This document shows, in pieces, positions 1 through 12,611 of a stretch of DNA of 64,000 nt. The notes beneath the pieces were generated by a model, which saw nothing but the letters and a program-made list of their open reading frames with translations, made no database searches and had not been told where the DNA came from. Location: assembly GCA_963777505.1 (NCBI GenBank), contig CAVZQN010000004.1:896001-960000 (forward strand). The letters are read 5' to 3'. The translations under genes and the position numbers were made by a program. The DNA is from an uncultured bacterium (lineage in GTDB: Bacteria > Acidobacteriota > HRBIN11 > JAKEFK01). Position 1 is the stretch's first letter. Every line of letters begins with the position of its first letter.

Positions 1-561
1 GACCAATTGAAAATTGATCGTGCTCATATTGTTGGAAATTCAATGGGCGGAAGTCTTGGGATCGATTTTACGCTTCTACATCCATCGCGCGTTATCAGTT
101 TAACTGTCGTCGCTTCAGGTCCTAATGGAGTTCCTGTGCCGCAGGAAGATCAGGAAAAAATGAATGCAGTTTTCAAGACAGCTGCAGAGCAAGGCCTTGA
201 AGCGGCCGGTCAAATGTGGGTCAAAAATCCGATGGTTGCAGTAACCGCCCGAATGCCTTCCACCGAACCTTTACTCAAAACTATGATTCATGACAATGCT
301 TCGATTTTTAAGATGCGATTTTGGCCGATTGAGAAAATGGATCCTCCTGCAGCGAAACGTCTTGGCGAAATTAACACCCCGACTTTGATTGTTCTTGGCG
401 GCAAAGATACAAAGTTGGTGAATCAATTAGGTGAAGTAGCAGCAACCGGCATCAAAGGAGCACGAAAGGAAATCATTCCTGAAGGTGATCATCTTCCCCA
501 AATGGTCGACCCCGCCAAATTCAATTCTATCTTGCACAAATTCTTTGAGTCTTTGCGGTAA
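1..561 (+). CDS. Alpha/beta fold hydrolase (5'-partial)
   Basis: GNSMGG nucleophile elbow, PTLIVLGGKD and C-terminal DH(L)P catalytic His region. Frame is open from base 1. Confidence 0.85.
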   Translation, partial: DQLKIDRAHIVGNSMGGSLGIDFTLLHPSRVISLTVVASGPNGVPVPQEDQEKMNAVFKTAAEQGLEAAGQMWVKNPMVAVTARMPSTEPLLKTMIHDNASIFKMRFWPIEKMDPPAAKRLGEINTPTLIVLGGKDTKLVNQLGEVAATGIKGARKEIIPEGDHLPQMVDPAKFNSILHKFFESLR

Positions 562-562
562 A

Positions 563-602
563 CTCTGCCATTTGGCATTATAATAGATACAATATGGCAG
601 AG
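563..602 (+). promoter_or_regulatory. Putative promoter/operator of the TA operon
   Basis: TATAAT at 579-584. Inverted repeat CTCTGCCAT (563-571) / ATGGCAGAG (594-602) and palindrome TGCCATTTGGCA (566-577). Confidence 0.5.
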
Positions 603-610
603 GTCTTAAA

Positions 611-1045
611 ATGTATGCAAATGCTGGTGTGATTGAAGCTCTTGGTGGCTTTCGGATCTTGAAGCGCAAAGTTTCAAGTGACAATGAATTGCAAGAAATT
701 ATTCGCTCAGGTTTACCGTATGCTTCTTTTCGTTATGTGATGCAGAAGCTTGGTTTGAAGAGCGCAGAAGCTTCGGCTGTTGTCAATCTTCCGATGCGGA
801 CGATTGCAAGGCGCAAGAAAGAAAAGAAGTTGCGTCCGGATGAATCGGACCGCCTTGTTCGCGTCGCACGAATTGGCGCGATTGCTGAAGCTGTTTTGGG
901 CAGTGAACAAAAAGCTGCAGCGTGGTTGCGTGAATCGAATCGCGCGTTGGGTGGGATTGCTCCGCTCGAAATTCTGGATACAGACATCGGTATCAAACAA
1001 GTGGAAGAAATCTTAGGACGGATTGAATACGGCGTTTATAGCTGA
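611..1045 (+). CDS. Xre/MbcA/ParS-type antitoxin (DUF2384)
   Basis: N-terminal HTH (GLP...RTIARR, ESDRLVR) and C-terminal A..WL...NRALGG..PL..L.T..G...V...LGRIEYG motif. Directly upstream of a RES gene. Confidence 0.9.
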   Translation: MYANAGVIEALGGFRILKRKVSSDNELQEIIRSGLPYASFRYVMQKLGLKSAEASAVVNLPMRTIARRKKEKKLRPDESDRLVRVARIGAIAEAVLGSEQKAAAWLRESNRALGGIAPLEILDTDIGIKQVEEILGRIEYGVYS

Positions 1046-1506
1046 TGCTGGCCTGGCGCATTGTTTCGAAACGCCGGCAGAATTCTGCCTATGATGGCGA
1101 AGGTGCCAGAAGATTTGGAGGCAGATGGAATCCACCCGGCCGGCGTGTTGTTTACACTTCTGCAACTCTGTCACTTGCGGCGCTTGAGTACTTCGTCCAT
1201 GTCAGCGTTCAAACGAAACCTGACGATCTTGTTTCCATCTCAATTGAAATTCCGCAGAATCTCACGATGGAACGGATCTCCGAATCCAGGCTTCCGAAGA
1301 ATTGGCGTATGTATCCCGCATTGCAACAGCTGCAAGTGATCGGTGAAAAGTGGTTGAAGAGTGGAAAGAGCGCTATTCTTGCTGTACCCTCCGCAATCAT
1401 TCCACAAGAGTTGAACTACTTGATCAATCCGGAACACTCCGACTTTGCGAAATGCAGAATTCATAAACCCCAGCCATTCGTATTAGATCCAAGAATGTTC
1501 AAGTAG
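1045..1506 (+). CDS. RES domain toxin (NAD+-degrading family)
   Basis: WR...GEGARRFGGRWN, VYTS..LSLAALE, VPSAI, NYLINP motifs. TGATG overlap with the antitoxin. Confidence 0.9.
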   Translation: MLAWRIVSKRRQNSAYDGEGARRFGGRWNPPGRRVVYTSATLSLAALEYFVHVSVQTKPDDLVSISIEIPQNLTMERISESRLPKNWRMYPALQQLQVIGEKWLKSGKSAILAVPSAIIPQELNYLINPEHSDFAKCRIHKPQPFVLDPRMFK

Positions 1507-1571
1507 GGGCGGGTCTAAGACCCGCCCGCGATGTGTCACAAAATAACCTGGCGGGTCTTAAACCCGCCTTG
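1503..1571. repeat. REP family A (GTAGGGGCG-palindrome) inverted doublet
   Basis: GTAGGGGCGGGTCTAAGACCCGCCC plus an inverted degenerate copy. The first unit is identical to the one at 25952. Confidence 0.8.
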
Positions 1572-1634
1572 CCCAGGATGCTCAACCGGTATGATCAAAT
1601 CTGGCATTGGTAAGGATTTACCGCAGAGCCGGTT

Positions 1635-1744
1635 CGGAGCGCAGGCTTCCAGCCTGCATTACGGGCCGCGGACTTCCAGTCCGCAATTTTCGTGCAGGCA
1701 AGGATGCCTGCGGCCCGTAATGCGGACAAGATGTCCGCGCTCCG
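1635..1744. repeat. REP family B cluster (2 forward + 2 inverted units)
   Basis: GGAGCGCAGGC..GCCTGC, GGGCCGCGGAC..GTCCGC and their reverse complements. Variant of the unit flanking the RAYT at 58 kb. Confidence 0.75.
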
Positions 1745-1748
1745 TATG

Positions 1749-3492
1749 CTAGCGAGTTTTCAGGATGTCAGCTTTGCGGAGTGGGGCCAGTTTATGGCCC
1801 AGCTCCGTACTACGATCATAGTACGCAAAGGCCTTGGAAATTTCTCCGCGGTTGTAGAGGAATTCAGCCAGATTGAAGTATGTTTCGCCATCAGCATGGC
1901 CTGAATCGACCGCCTTTTGCAAAATCACTTCCGCTTCGTCTGCCTTGTCCTGGTAAAAATATACAGCGGCTAGTCCATTGTAAGGGGCTGCGGATGGATA
2001 ACCCGACTCAATCACTTTGACAAACATCGATTGAGCTTCCGGATAATTCTTTTTCTGCAGCAAGACTTCCCCATAACGCAAAAGCAATAATGGGTTGGAT
2101 GGATCAAGCTGCACAATTTCGTCATACGCCTTTGCGCGTTCTTCTAGCGACATCGGTTTCATTGTAAGTTCCGCAATCTGACGCGCCACGTCCACGCGAT
2201 CCTTTGGATCGGCACCATTCCAGTTGATCTTTTGTGGTGCGCTGGCAACATACCCAAGCGCGCGCAGCCGCTCCATTTCTTCTGCAGAAGGTGTATGTCC
2301 GGAATTTTCTGATTTGTTTCGAGTCAGCAATGCTTCCACCTTCGCTTTGTATTTCGCAGTCTGCTGTGAAGACGCGACGAGGTTTTGCATTTCTGAAGGA
2401 TCCGAATCAACTTTATACATCTCAGGTTTTGGTGCATGAATGTACTTGAACTGCGCATCTTGCAAACATGCCAGCGGACTCCACCCAAAATCGATTGCCG
2501 GAGCAAAGCTCTCCGAATAACTTTCGAGCGATTGAAGCTTTTTGCCTCGCATCAAACCAACGAGCGAAACTCCATCTGAATTTGAAGAAATCTTCCATTC
2601 CATGAGTTCCACAATTGTTGGAAAAATATCAATAATTCTAACGAGTTCTGTGTATCTTCCAGGCCGAATTCCTGGAGAAGAAATCATCAACGGGATTCTC
2701 AACGTCGTGTTGTAAACGAATAACGAATGGCTGACTTCACCATGTTCGCCAAATGCTTCCCCATGATCCGATGTAATCACTACCAGATCGTTACTCACTG
2801 CATTCCGTTTGTTTAGAAACTCAAAAAATTCTGCGAGTTGATGATCTGTATAAGCCACTTCTTGCTCATACGGTTTCAAATCCGAGTAGCCATGAGTTTC
2901 GTATGGATGATGCGGATCAAAAAGATGAAGCCACAGAAAGAAAGGCTTACTGCTGTTGCGTGTTGTCAGCCAGTTTTGCGCTGCAAGTCTGACCTGTTCT
3001 GCGTTCCGTTCCGGATATGAAAAGATTCCTGATTCCGTTTGCACTTTTTGAAAGGAATCATCGTAGTGATCGAAGCCTTGATTTAATCCATAGATCGCTG
3101 CAACTGGCGCGGCGCCAACAAATGCGCCTGTTTCAAATCCTGCTGAACGAGCTGTTTCCGAAAGTAGATTCAAAGATTGCGGTGCACGATAAACACCATT
3201 GTGTCTCACGCCATGAGATGGCGGATTTAGTCCTGTAAATAGCGAGACATGTGCAGTGAGTGTGATCGGTGCCGTTGTGAATGCTTTTTCAAATACCGCA
3301 CTGTTTTCGGCGAAACGTTGCATGAATGGAGTCGGTGTTTTGCTTCCATAAACTGACAATGCATCGGCACGAAGAGTATCAATTGTAATCAGAATGATAT
3401 TGCGCGGCTTGGAAGGAGTATTTTTGCAAAAACAGAGTGGCAGAATAAAACAAAGCAAAATTGCGATTGATAAATATTTATTGAGGTTCAAA
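1749..3492 (-). CDS. Sulfatase-like (alkaline phosphatase superfamily) hydrolase/transferase with C-terminal TPRs, probably exported
   Basis: NIILITIDTLRAD, APITLTAHVSLFTG, FDPHHPY, TSDHGE and HSLFVY motifs, TPR-like C-terminus, hydrophobic N-terminal signal with Cys. Start re-placed at TTG ~3492 (ORF track gives 3647). Confidence 0.8.
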
Positions 3493-6400
3493 ACGAGCCC
3501 TGAATGGTTCAGGCACGCTTGGCTGCCATAGATTCCAATGTTCGATCCAATCTTTGCGAAATTTATCATCCGTCCAGCCAAGATCCAAAAGCAATTTGTA
3601 GCATCGATGGATAACTTCATTTTGTTTCTGACGCAGTGCGGCATCAAGAACGACCATCACTTCGTTTGCAGAAACCGGAAGGCCCAGTAACTTTCGTTGT
3701 TCGACAACATAGATGCGCGACCTGGTTAGCCACATGCTTTGCCGGAATTGTGTTGCGGTTTTCTCAGCTTCCTGTGATTCGAGTAAGGCTTCATTGATTC
3801 TTCCAAGCCTTTGAAGCTGCATCGATGATAACAAATGCGAAGCGGTGATCAGATATGCGTGTTCCATTTTTGTTGCGATTGTACGCAATTCATCTTGCTT
3901 GGCGATCGATTTTGATTCTTGTGCTTCCAAGACAGCTGCGAATCCTTCAGCAGCCGTTTTCCAAAACAGATATTCTGATGATGGATTTTTCCCTTTATAT
4001 GATGTGCCGATTTTCCAGTGTTCCTTGGCTGCTTCAAGATCACTCAGGAGCCAGACAAAGGAAACCGAGCTTTAATTCTGCTTCCATGCATCCTGCTTCA
4101 TCCTGAATCTCATTACACAATTTCAACGATTCCGTTAACGAAGAGAGCGCTCCGGCATAGTCTCCTTGAAAGTAATAAATTGTTGCTTCCTGACGCTGCA
4201 ATTCACTGACGCGTTTTCGTAGATTTTTTTCTTCAGCAAGTTTTCTCGCTTTCACAGCCGCTGAAATTCCGGCATCAAGTTCGCCTGTAATCATCCGGTG
4301 TTGTGCTCGATTCTGAAGATAGTAGGTGAGTCCAAGGCTATGTCCGAGGTCCATATAAATTTTTCCGGCGCGTTCATTTAACTTGTCGGCAAGATCGTAA
4401 TTTGAGAGATCCAGTTCAAGCTCAGCTTGATTTACAGCACAGGCAGCAACGCCGAATGGATCTCCAATCTCTTGTGCGAGAGCAAAAGCATTCACGATGT
4501 TTTGTCTGGCTTCATGCATATTTCCCAGTACATGCCTGATGATGCTTATGTTCAACAGGCATTCGATCATGCCGGGTCTATCCCCACGCTTCTGAAAAAT
4601 TTCGAGTGCCTTTCGGAAATGCTGCAATGAGCTTTCATAATCACTGCGTTCCAAATGGATAATTCCTGCGCTGTTTAAATACTTGGCTTTTAGGCCGGAA
4701 TCTTGTTCTGCGCTTGTTAGTTCTATTGCTTGATTCATATACTCAAGCGCTTTTGAGTAATCACAAAGCCGCCAGAAATTTTTTCCAAGATTGTAAAAAC
4801 TCTGGCAGATTCCGGCGCGATAATTCTCTTCGCGGGAGATCTTTAATGCTCCATCTGCAAGCGCACGAGATCGATCAAAATCTTCCCGCTTATAATGCAC
4901 GCGGCTCAAATGGTTCATAGCATCGGCTTCCAGAACTTTGAACTCTCGCGGCTTTTTTAAACTCAACAGTTGTTCGTAACACAAAATTGCAGAATCCCAA
5001 CTTCCAAGCGCTTCAAGCGATAGACCCTTATAAGTATGAAGTTCAGCAAGCAATTGAGTGCCAGTGGCATCCACCATTTCTTTGTACTTCGAACATCTTT
5101 CAAAGTGCTGATATGCATCGCCATAAGCATGAATCTGGAGCGCTTTCTTGCCTGCTTCAAGTGAATATGCAAAAGCTTTCTGTATGATGCCTGCTTGCTC
5201 GAAATGATATGCGAGATCCTCAGCGAACAATCCAAGATTGTCTTGATGAAGCATCTCTAAAATTTCACCAACTTTGCGATGATACTTCTTGCGCTTAATC
5301 AGTCCCATCTCTTCATAAATCACATCGCGGATTTTGTTGTGCGTAAACGCAAAGCGGTCTTCAATTCCAGAATGGATTTCGCGGATGATCTGAAGTTTCG
5401 TCAGCTGTTCAAGCTGATCCAGCAGGTATCCCTCATTTTCTTCGATCAACTTAACCAGAATATGAAGATCGAATTCATAACCGATAATGGATGAAAAACC
5501 AAGAACACGTTGAAGTGCTTCACTTAAACGCCCAACGCGTCGCTGCACAAGAGCGCGGATGGAATAAGGCAGCGCCGATTTATCCGGCTTTCGCAGCTGC
5601 ACTTCATTTCCCGAACGCTGAATTGATCCTTCTTCAAGAAGCAGTTTCACAAGTTCTTCAATGTAAAATGGAATGCCTTCCGATTCATCATGAATCCATG
5701 ACTTGAATGAATCTGAAACAGTAAATCCCTTAAAAATCTCTTCGAGCATTAATCCGGATTCCTCGGGTTTTAATGCCTTCAGTTCGATCGTGTTGTAGAG
5801 ATTTTCGCGGCTCATGTTTTTAAGAGTCGCAGGAAGCGCGGGCTGTAATGATTCTTCATCACGAAATGTGGCGATCAGCAAAATTCTTTCATTTGGAATA
5901 TTGCGCGCAAGATAATGCAACAGACTTAACGTTGCTTCATCACTCCAATGAATATCTTCAAGCACCATGACAGTCGGAAGCTGTCTTGATAGGCCCTGTA
6001 GAAGTAGAAAGATGCTTTCGAGCAGGAAATATTTGTCGGAAGATTGTTTAGGCTGAAGCGGTTCCTTTTCAAATCGATCGAATTGAGGAACGAGGCCGAT
6101 TAATTCCCTGCGGTAATGTTCTTCGAGATTTTTATAGATATTTACTGTAGCGGGATCTTTCGCTTCGAATCCTTTTTTTAATGCGCTGCGGACCGGAGCG
6201 TACGAATGGATCAATGTTCCTTCAATGCATTGTCCAACAAGGATGTGAAAGTCACCTGTTCTTTGCCGCCGGGAAAATTGTCTGAGCAAACGTGATTTTC
6301 CAACGCCTGCTTGACCAACGATAAAAAGCAAACGTCCTTTTCCATTTTTGCAATCCGAAAAATGGGTTTGTAATGTGTTCCATTCGATTTGACGCCCGAT

Positions 6401-7039
6401 CAGGGATTCACAATGAACCTGAACCGGCCAATGGCCGACATTCTCTTTTTGATCTCGGATTATCTGACGTCCTGAACGAAAACAATTTCTGCCCGCTTCC
6501 TTGCTTGCATATAAAGCACGATCGGATAAGTGAAAAACTTCAGAAATAATCGTGCTGTCATCAGGAAAAATGCTGAAACCCATGCTCAGCGAAATGCTTT
6601 TCAAAGGAAGGTTTTCTTTGTCGTCCGCCAGGCATCCTGCGATTCGTGAAAGCAATACATCGCACAAGGCAGCGGTTTGACTTTCTCCACAATCGCGAAG
6701 CACTACAACAAATTCATCTCCGGCGTATCGGAATACCCATCCGCGGTCACGGAAAAAGTCTTTTAGCTCTTTCGCTACACGAATTAATGCAGCATCTCCA
6801 ACGGCATGTCCGTGTGTATCATTGATTTGTTTGAAGTGATCGATGTCTAGAATAAGAAGTGCAAACGGAGAATTTGTGGATTCGCTTTGTGTTTTTTGTT
6901 CTTCAACACAATGGCGGAAAAAACGTCGATTATACAGACCCGTCAAATCGTCTGTATAAAGAAGTGTACGGAGTTGTTCGACCTCTGTTGGCGCGCCTGG
7001 CCGCGGAGTTTGATCGAAGCGCGCGTCATCTACACCCAT
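3478..7039 (-). CDS. GGDEF-domain / STAND-type AAA ATPase / TPR multidomain protein, interrupted by one extra base near 4055-4066
   Basis: TDDLTGLYNRR, DIDHFKQINDTHGHAVGD, RYAGDEF. Walker A GQAGVGKS, Walker B VLEDIHWSD, then a long TPR array. ORF 4040..7156 continues into the frame of ORF 3478..3930 if one base is removed. Likely start ATG 7039. Confidence 0.8.
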
Positions 7040-7180
7040 AGGACGCTTATATACCCTCTTCCCCAGTGTGCAACTATGCGCAAGCTTAACGTAACTTGCA
7101 TCCTCGTGCAAGGTATGGGCTTTGCGTCTTTGCGGTAAAATATAGCGCCATTTCACAGGATTGGTTACAATTGGAGCGGT

Positions 7181-8320
7181 ATGGGAATCGTACGGAAGCC
7201 GACGAGAAAAGTAAAAGTAGGATCAGTTTACATCGGTAATAGTTCGCCGATTGCTGTCCAAAGCATGTGTGCGACCCGAACTCAGGATATTGATGCTACG
7301 GTCGAGCAGGCTGAACAGCTCCGAAACGCCGGCGCAGCAATTGTGCGGATTGCCATCGACAGTGATAAAGACGCGGAAGCGTTGAAGGAAGTCCGCCGCC
7401 AGACAAAAGCGACTCTTTCGGTTGATCTTCAAGAAAACTACAGACTCGCATCAAAAATCGCAGCATATGTAGATAAAATCCGTTATAACCCTGGACATCT
7501 GCATCATCACGAAAAGGAAAAGTCGATCCCGCAAAAAGTTGAATGGCTTGCGTCAGTGGCGCGTGATAATGATGTCGCTATCAGAATTGGTGTGAATTGC
7601 GGATCGGTTGCCCCAGAGTTCCTAAAACTTTACTCGGGCGATCAGATGAAAGCACTAATCGAATCAACTGTTTATCACTGCAGTCTTATGGAAGATTTGC
7701 ACTTTGAAAATTATGTGGTCAGTCTGAAAGATTCCGATCCTCAAAAAGTCATTGATGCTAATGAACAATTCAGTAACCGGTTACCGCAAGTCCCTCTTCA
7801 TCTTGGAGTGACTGAGGCAGGCCTTCCACCAGATGGAATCATCAAGACTCGTCTCGCGTTTGAAAAGCTTCTTGCGAAGGGAATTGGTGACACAATTCGA
7901 GTTTCATTGACTCTTCCTAATCCAAGAAAACATGAAGAAGTGATTGTAGGGCAAAAAATTATTGAAGATGTCTATGCCGGACGTTTCATTTCAGTGCCAG
8001 ATTTTGGAAAAGGAATGAATATCATCAGCTGCCCGAGCTGTTCGCGCGTTGAAAACGAAAAATTTGTGGAACTTGCAGAAGAAGTGAAGGCGATGAGTGA
8101 GTATGCAAAAGCGCATCGTTTGACGATCGCTGTTATGGGATGCCGTGTGAATGGTCCCGGAGAAACTGATGATGCGGATCTTGGGCTCTGGTGTGGTCCA
8201 ACGCACGTAAATTTGAAGCGAAGGGCAGAATCTGTAGGTGCCTATACATATGATGAGATTCTTGCCAAATTAAAAGAAGAACTGGATGCTCTAATTGCTT
8301 TGCATGAACCGCAAAGATGA
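7181..8320 (+). CDS. ispG: (E)-4-hydroxy-3-methylbut-2-enyl diphosphate synthase
   Basis: [58 protein letters not shown]. Confidence 0.95.
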   Translation: MGIVRKPTRKVKVGSVYIGNSSPIAVQSMCATRTQDIDATVEQAEQLRNAGAAIVRIAIDSDKDAEALKEVRRQTKATLSVDLQENYRLASKIAAYVDKIRYNPGHLHHHEKEKSIPQKVEWLASVARDNDVAIRIGVNCGSVAPEFLKLYSGDQMKALIESTVYHCSLMEDLHFENYVVSLKDSDPQKVIDANEQFSNRLPQVPLHLGVTEAGLPPDGIIKTRLAFEKLLAKGIGDTIRVSLTLPNPRKHEEVIVGQKIIEDVYAGRFISVPDFGKGMNIISCPSCSRVENEKFVELAEEVKAMSEYAKAHRLTIAVMGCRVNGPGETDDADLGLWCGPTHVNLKRRAESVGAYTYDEILAKLKEELDALIALHEPQR

Positions 8321-9711
8321 AAAATTCATATAGGCTCATCTTCCTTCTTGTCACTTTCATTCCATTTGTTGCACAGAGCCAGGATAATCTCTCGGAGTTA
8401 AGCCGCTCTTTTGAGGCTCTTTCCCGTCGTGTTGGTCCCGCTGTAGTTCAAGTTTTTGCGACAGGCTACAGTTCGGATGAATCAAGCTTAAGCAGTGAAA
8501 GCTTGCTAACTCGACAACGCAGCAGCGGTTCAGGCGTCATCATCGATCCGGAAGGATATGTCATTACGAATGCGCACGTTGTTCAGGGTGCGCTTCGCGT
8601 TCAGGTCATGTTGAACGCTGGGGCCGATGATGGTTCACCGCGGGAATCAATATTGAAATCCAGAGGGAGGGTTGTTCCTGCAGCAATTTTAGGAATGGAT
8701 TCTGAAACAGATCTTGCGTTGCTTCGAATTGAAGGCGGTAATTTGCCGCATTTGCAATTAGGGGATTCTGATCTGTTAAAACCTGGACAGCTTGTGCTTG
8801 CGTTTGGAAGTCCATTCGGACTTGAAAATTCTGTGACAATGGGTGTTGTTAGCGCAATTGCACGACAGCTACGAGCCGAAGATCCGATGATTTACATTCA
8901 AACAGATGCGCCGATCAACCCTGGGAATAGCGGCGGACCGCTTGTTGATGCGGAAGGACGATTGATGGGCATCAACACTTTCATTTTTACTCAATCCGGC
9001 GGAAATGAAGGTGTTGGATTTGCAGCTCCAGCAAACATTGTAAAAAACGTGGTTCAACAAATCCGTAAAACCGGACGAGTTCGACGTGGTGAAATCGGCG
9101 TCTTAGTGCAAACGATCACTCCTGCACTGGCGAATGGACTTGGACTTGCACAAAACTGGGGAGTGATTGTTAGCGATGTCGTTATGGGAAGTCCGGCTGA
9201 AAAAGCAGGACTTCAAAGCGGCGATCTAATTTTGACGATGGATGGAAAGGTCATGGAAAATGGCCGCCAATTTGATGTGAATTTATATCGACGTTCGGAA
9301 GGTGACACAGTCACCGTTGAATTCTTGCGCGGAGATAAAAAGCAAATCATTGAAATCAATGTCATTTTTCGCGGAGAAGATCTTGATAGCATTCCTGAAT
9401 TAATACGGCCTGAAACAAGTCTAATTGCATCGCTTGGTATTTTCGGTGTAACAATGAACGATCAAATTGCAGAGTTGTTACCCGCGTTAAAGAAGCAATA
9501 TGGTGTTGTTGTTGTGGGTAGAGCTGCTGATGCGCCATATTGGGCGCGTGAATTCAGGACAGGCGATGTGATTCATACAATGAATGGCAAATTCATTACG
9601 TCTGTGGAACAACTCCGATCCATTATGGACAATCTACGCGCTGGTTCACCGGTCGCTCTTCAAGTCGAACGCCGTTCCCGCCTTTTCTATGTCTCCTTCG
9701 AAGTAGAGTAA
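8317..9711 (+). CDS. degP: HtrA/DegP-family serine protease with two PDZ domains
   Basis: Signal peptide, TNAHV, DLA and INPGNSGG catalytic triad, two PDZ-like regions. Confidence 0.9.
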   Translation: MKNSYRLIFLLVTFIPFVAQSQDNLSELSRSFEALSRRVGPAVVQVFATGYSSDESSLSSESLLTRQRSSGSGVIIDPEGYVITNAHVVQGALRVQVMLNAGADDGSPRESILKSRGRVVPAAILGMDSETDLALLRIEGGNLPHLQLGDSDLLKPGQLVLAFGSPFGLENSVTMGVVSAIARQLRAEDPMIYIQTDAPINPGNSGGPLVDAEGRLMGINTFIFTQSGGNEGVGFAAPANIVKNVVQQIRKTGRVRRGEIGVLVQTITPALANGLGLAQNWGVIVSDVVMGSPAEKAGLQSGDLILTMDGKVMENGRQFDVNLYRRSEGDTVTVEFLRGDKKQIIEINVIFRGEDLDSIPELIRPETSLIASLGIFGVTMNDQIAELLPALKKQYGVVVVGRAADAPYWAREFRTGDVIHTMNGKFITSVEQLRSIMDNLRAGSPVALQVERRSRLFYVSFEVE

Positions 9712-9726
9712 TTGTCAAAGACTGTC

Positions 9727-9897
9727 GTAGCTCCGCGGATAGGCAGGGGAGAAGGGGAGCTGGGGAGAAAGGGAGAATTTAAAGGTTAAGGTTTTTGTAG
9801 CTGCGCACAAAGAATGTGCATAGCTACACCAACTTCAATGTGCCACTCACCCCTGCTCCCTTTCTCCCCTGCCCCCCTGCATATGCGCGAAGCTACA
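9727..9897. repeat. Nested palindromic element family D, copy 1
   Basis: GTAGCTCCGCG...CGCGAAGCTAC termini, G-rich/C-rich 8-mer arms, central TGTAGCT..AGCTACA hairpin. Similar element at 25241. Confidence 0.75.
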
Positions 9898-9920
9898 GAA
9901 AAAATGTGATGCAAATGCGG

Positions 9921-10328
9921 TTATTCTCCGCACATTTTCATTAATAGCTTCCATTGAGCATCATTAACAGGCATGACTGAAAGACGAGGCAGGCGGGTCA
10001 ATGCAAAATCGGCGAAATCTTTCCGGGCTTTAACTTCTGCAAGCGTTGGATGCTTCTTAAAACGCTTAATTGCTTTGATATCAACCACACTCAACTTTTC
10101 GTTCTTTTGCTTCGGATCAGGATATGCTTCACGAATCGCTTCAGCTAAGCCGATAATCGCCTTTTCTTCGCCTGTGTGGTAAATCAAAATCTTATCGCCC
10201 TTTTTTATGCTGCGAATATTTCTCAGCGCGACAGGATTGCTAACGCCATCCCATGTGGTTTGTTTATCTTGTTCCAGATCATCGTAACCATACGTTTCCG
10301 GGTCGGATTTAAAAAGCCAATACGCCAT
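9921..10328 (-). CDS. EVE domain protein
   Basis: MAYWLFKSDP, WDGV.N..A, GDKILIYH, EAYPDP, RLSVMPV. Start at ATG 10328. Confidence 0.9.
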   Translation of the reverse strand: MAYWLFKSDPETYGYDDLEQDKQTTWDGVSNPVALRNIRSIKKGDKILIYHTGEEKAIIGLAEAIREAYPDPKQKNEKLSVVDIKAIKRFKKHPTLAEVKARKDFADFALTRLPRLSVMPVNDAQWKLLMKMCGE

Positions 10329-10338
10329 TTTTATTACC

Positions 10339-11091
10339 TCAAGTCTTTTTTGCTTTGCCTTGACCAGCGACTGCATCCATTGCTTTTTTAATTTCTTCTT
10401 GATCGCCTAAATAGTAATGCCGAATCGGTTTCAACGAAGTATCAAGCTCATAGATAAGTGGCACTCCCGTAGGAATGTTCAAACTCACTATGTCTTCATC
10501 TGAAACATTGTCTAGATACTTCACAAGCGCACGCAAACTATTTCCGTGTGCAGCAATAATGACTCGCCTTCCGCTTTTCACCACCGGCGCAATTTGCTCA
10601 TGCCAATACGGAAGGAATCGAGCGACTGTATCTTTTAGGCTTTCAGTTTTCGGCAATTCATCACCGGAAAGGCCTGCATAACGAGAATCATGTCCAGGCC
10701 AGCGTTCATCCGATTCTTCCAGAACTGGCGGACGTATATCGTAACTACGTCTCCATATATGGACTTGTTCATCGCCATATTTTGTAGCCGTTTCAGCTTT
10801 GTTTAATCCCTGTAATGCTCCGTAATGCCGCTCATTTAATTTCCACGAATGATGAATAGGAATCCACATTAAATCCATTTCATCCAGAACGATCCAAAGC
10901 GTGCGGATGGCTCGCTTCAAAACTGAAGTAAAAGAAACATCGAAAACAAATCCATCTTGTTTTAAAAGTTGACCAGAACGGTGGGCTTCTTGTACCCCTT
11001 TTTCAGAAAGGTCTACATCAGTCCAGCCTGTAAAGCGGTTCTCTTTGTTCCAAGTGCTTTCACCATGCCGCAATAAAACCAGTCTGAACAT
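10339..11091 (-). CDS. gpmA: 2,3-bisphosphoglycerate-dependent phosphoglycerate mutase
   Basis: [26 protein letters not shown]. Confidence 0.97.
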   Translation of the reverse strand: MFRLVLLRHGESTWNKENRFTGWTDVDLSEKGVQEAHRSGQLLKQDGFVFDVSFTSVLKRAIRTLWIVLDEMDLMWIPIHHSWKLNERHYGALQGLNKAETATKYGDEQVHIWRRSYDIRPPVLEESDERWPGHDSRYAGLSGDELPKTESLKDTVARFLPYWHEQIAPVVKSGRRVIIAAHGNSLRALVKYLDNVSDEDIVSLNIPTGVPLIYELDTSLKPIRHYYLGDQEEIKKAMDAVAGQGKAKKT

Positions 11092-11123
11092 AACTTCCTC
11101 CCTTTAAGACTCTGCGGTTTAAT

Positions 11124-12452
<1,329 letters not shown>

Positions 12453-12498
12453 CTAGCATAGTTTTGCATGCATGTTGATAATGAGGCACTCAAGTTCT

Positions 12499-12527
12499 TT
12501 GACTTGAAAAAAGTGGGCACCTATACT
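12499..12527 (+). promoter_or_regulatory. Sigma70-type promoter for lon
   Basis: TTGACT-17 bp-TATACT, about 85 bp upstream of the lon ATG. Confidence 0.7.
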
Positions 12528-12611
12528 TATGTGGTACCAGCAAAATTGTGGCAGGGGAATTAATCCCGTACAATGGAACCACGTTAAGCTGGTTAAGAGA
12601 GGTTACAGAAA

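Noticed and set aside
12482-12508. CIRCE (HrcA) operator upstream of lon
   Set aside because: Left half has GCACTC with correct 9-bp spacing, but the right half (GACTTGAAA) matches poorly. Not supportable.
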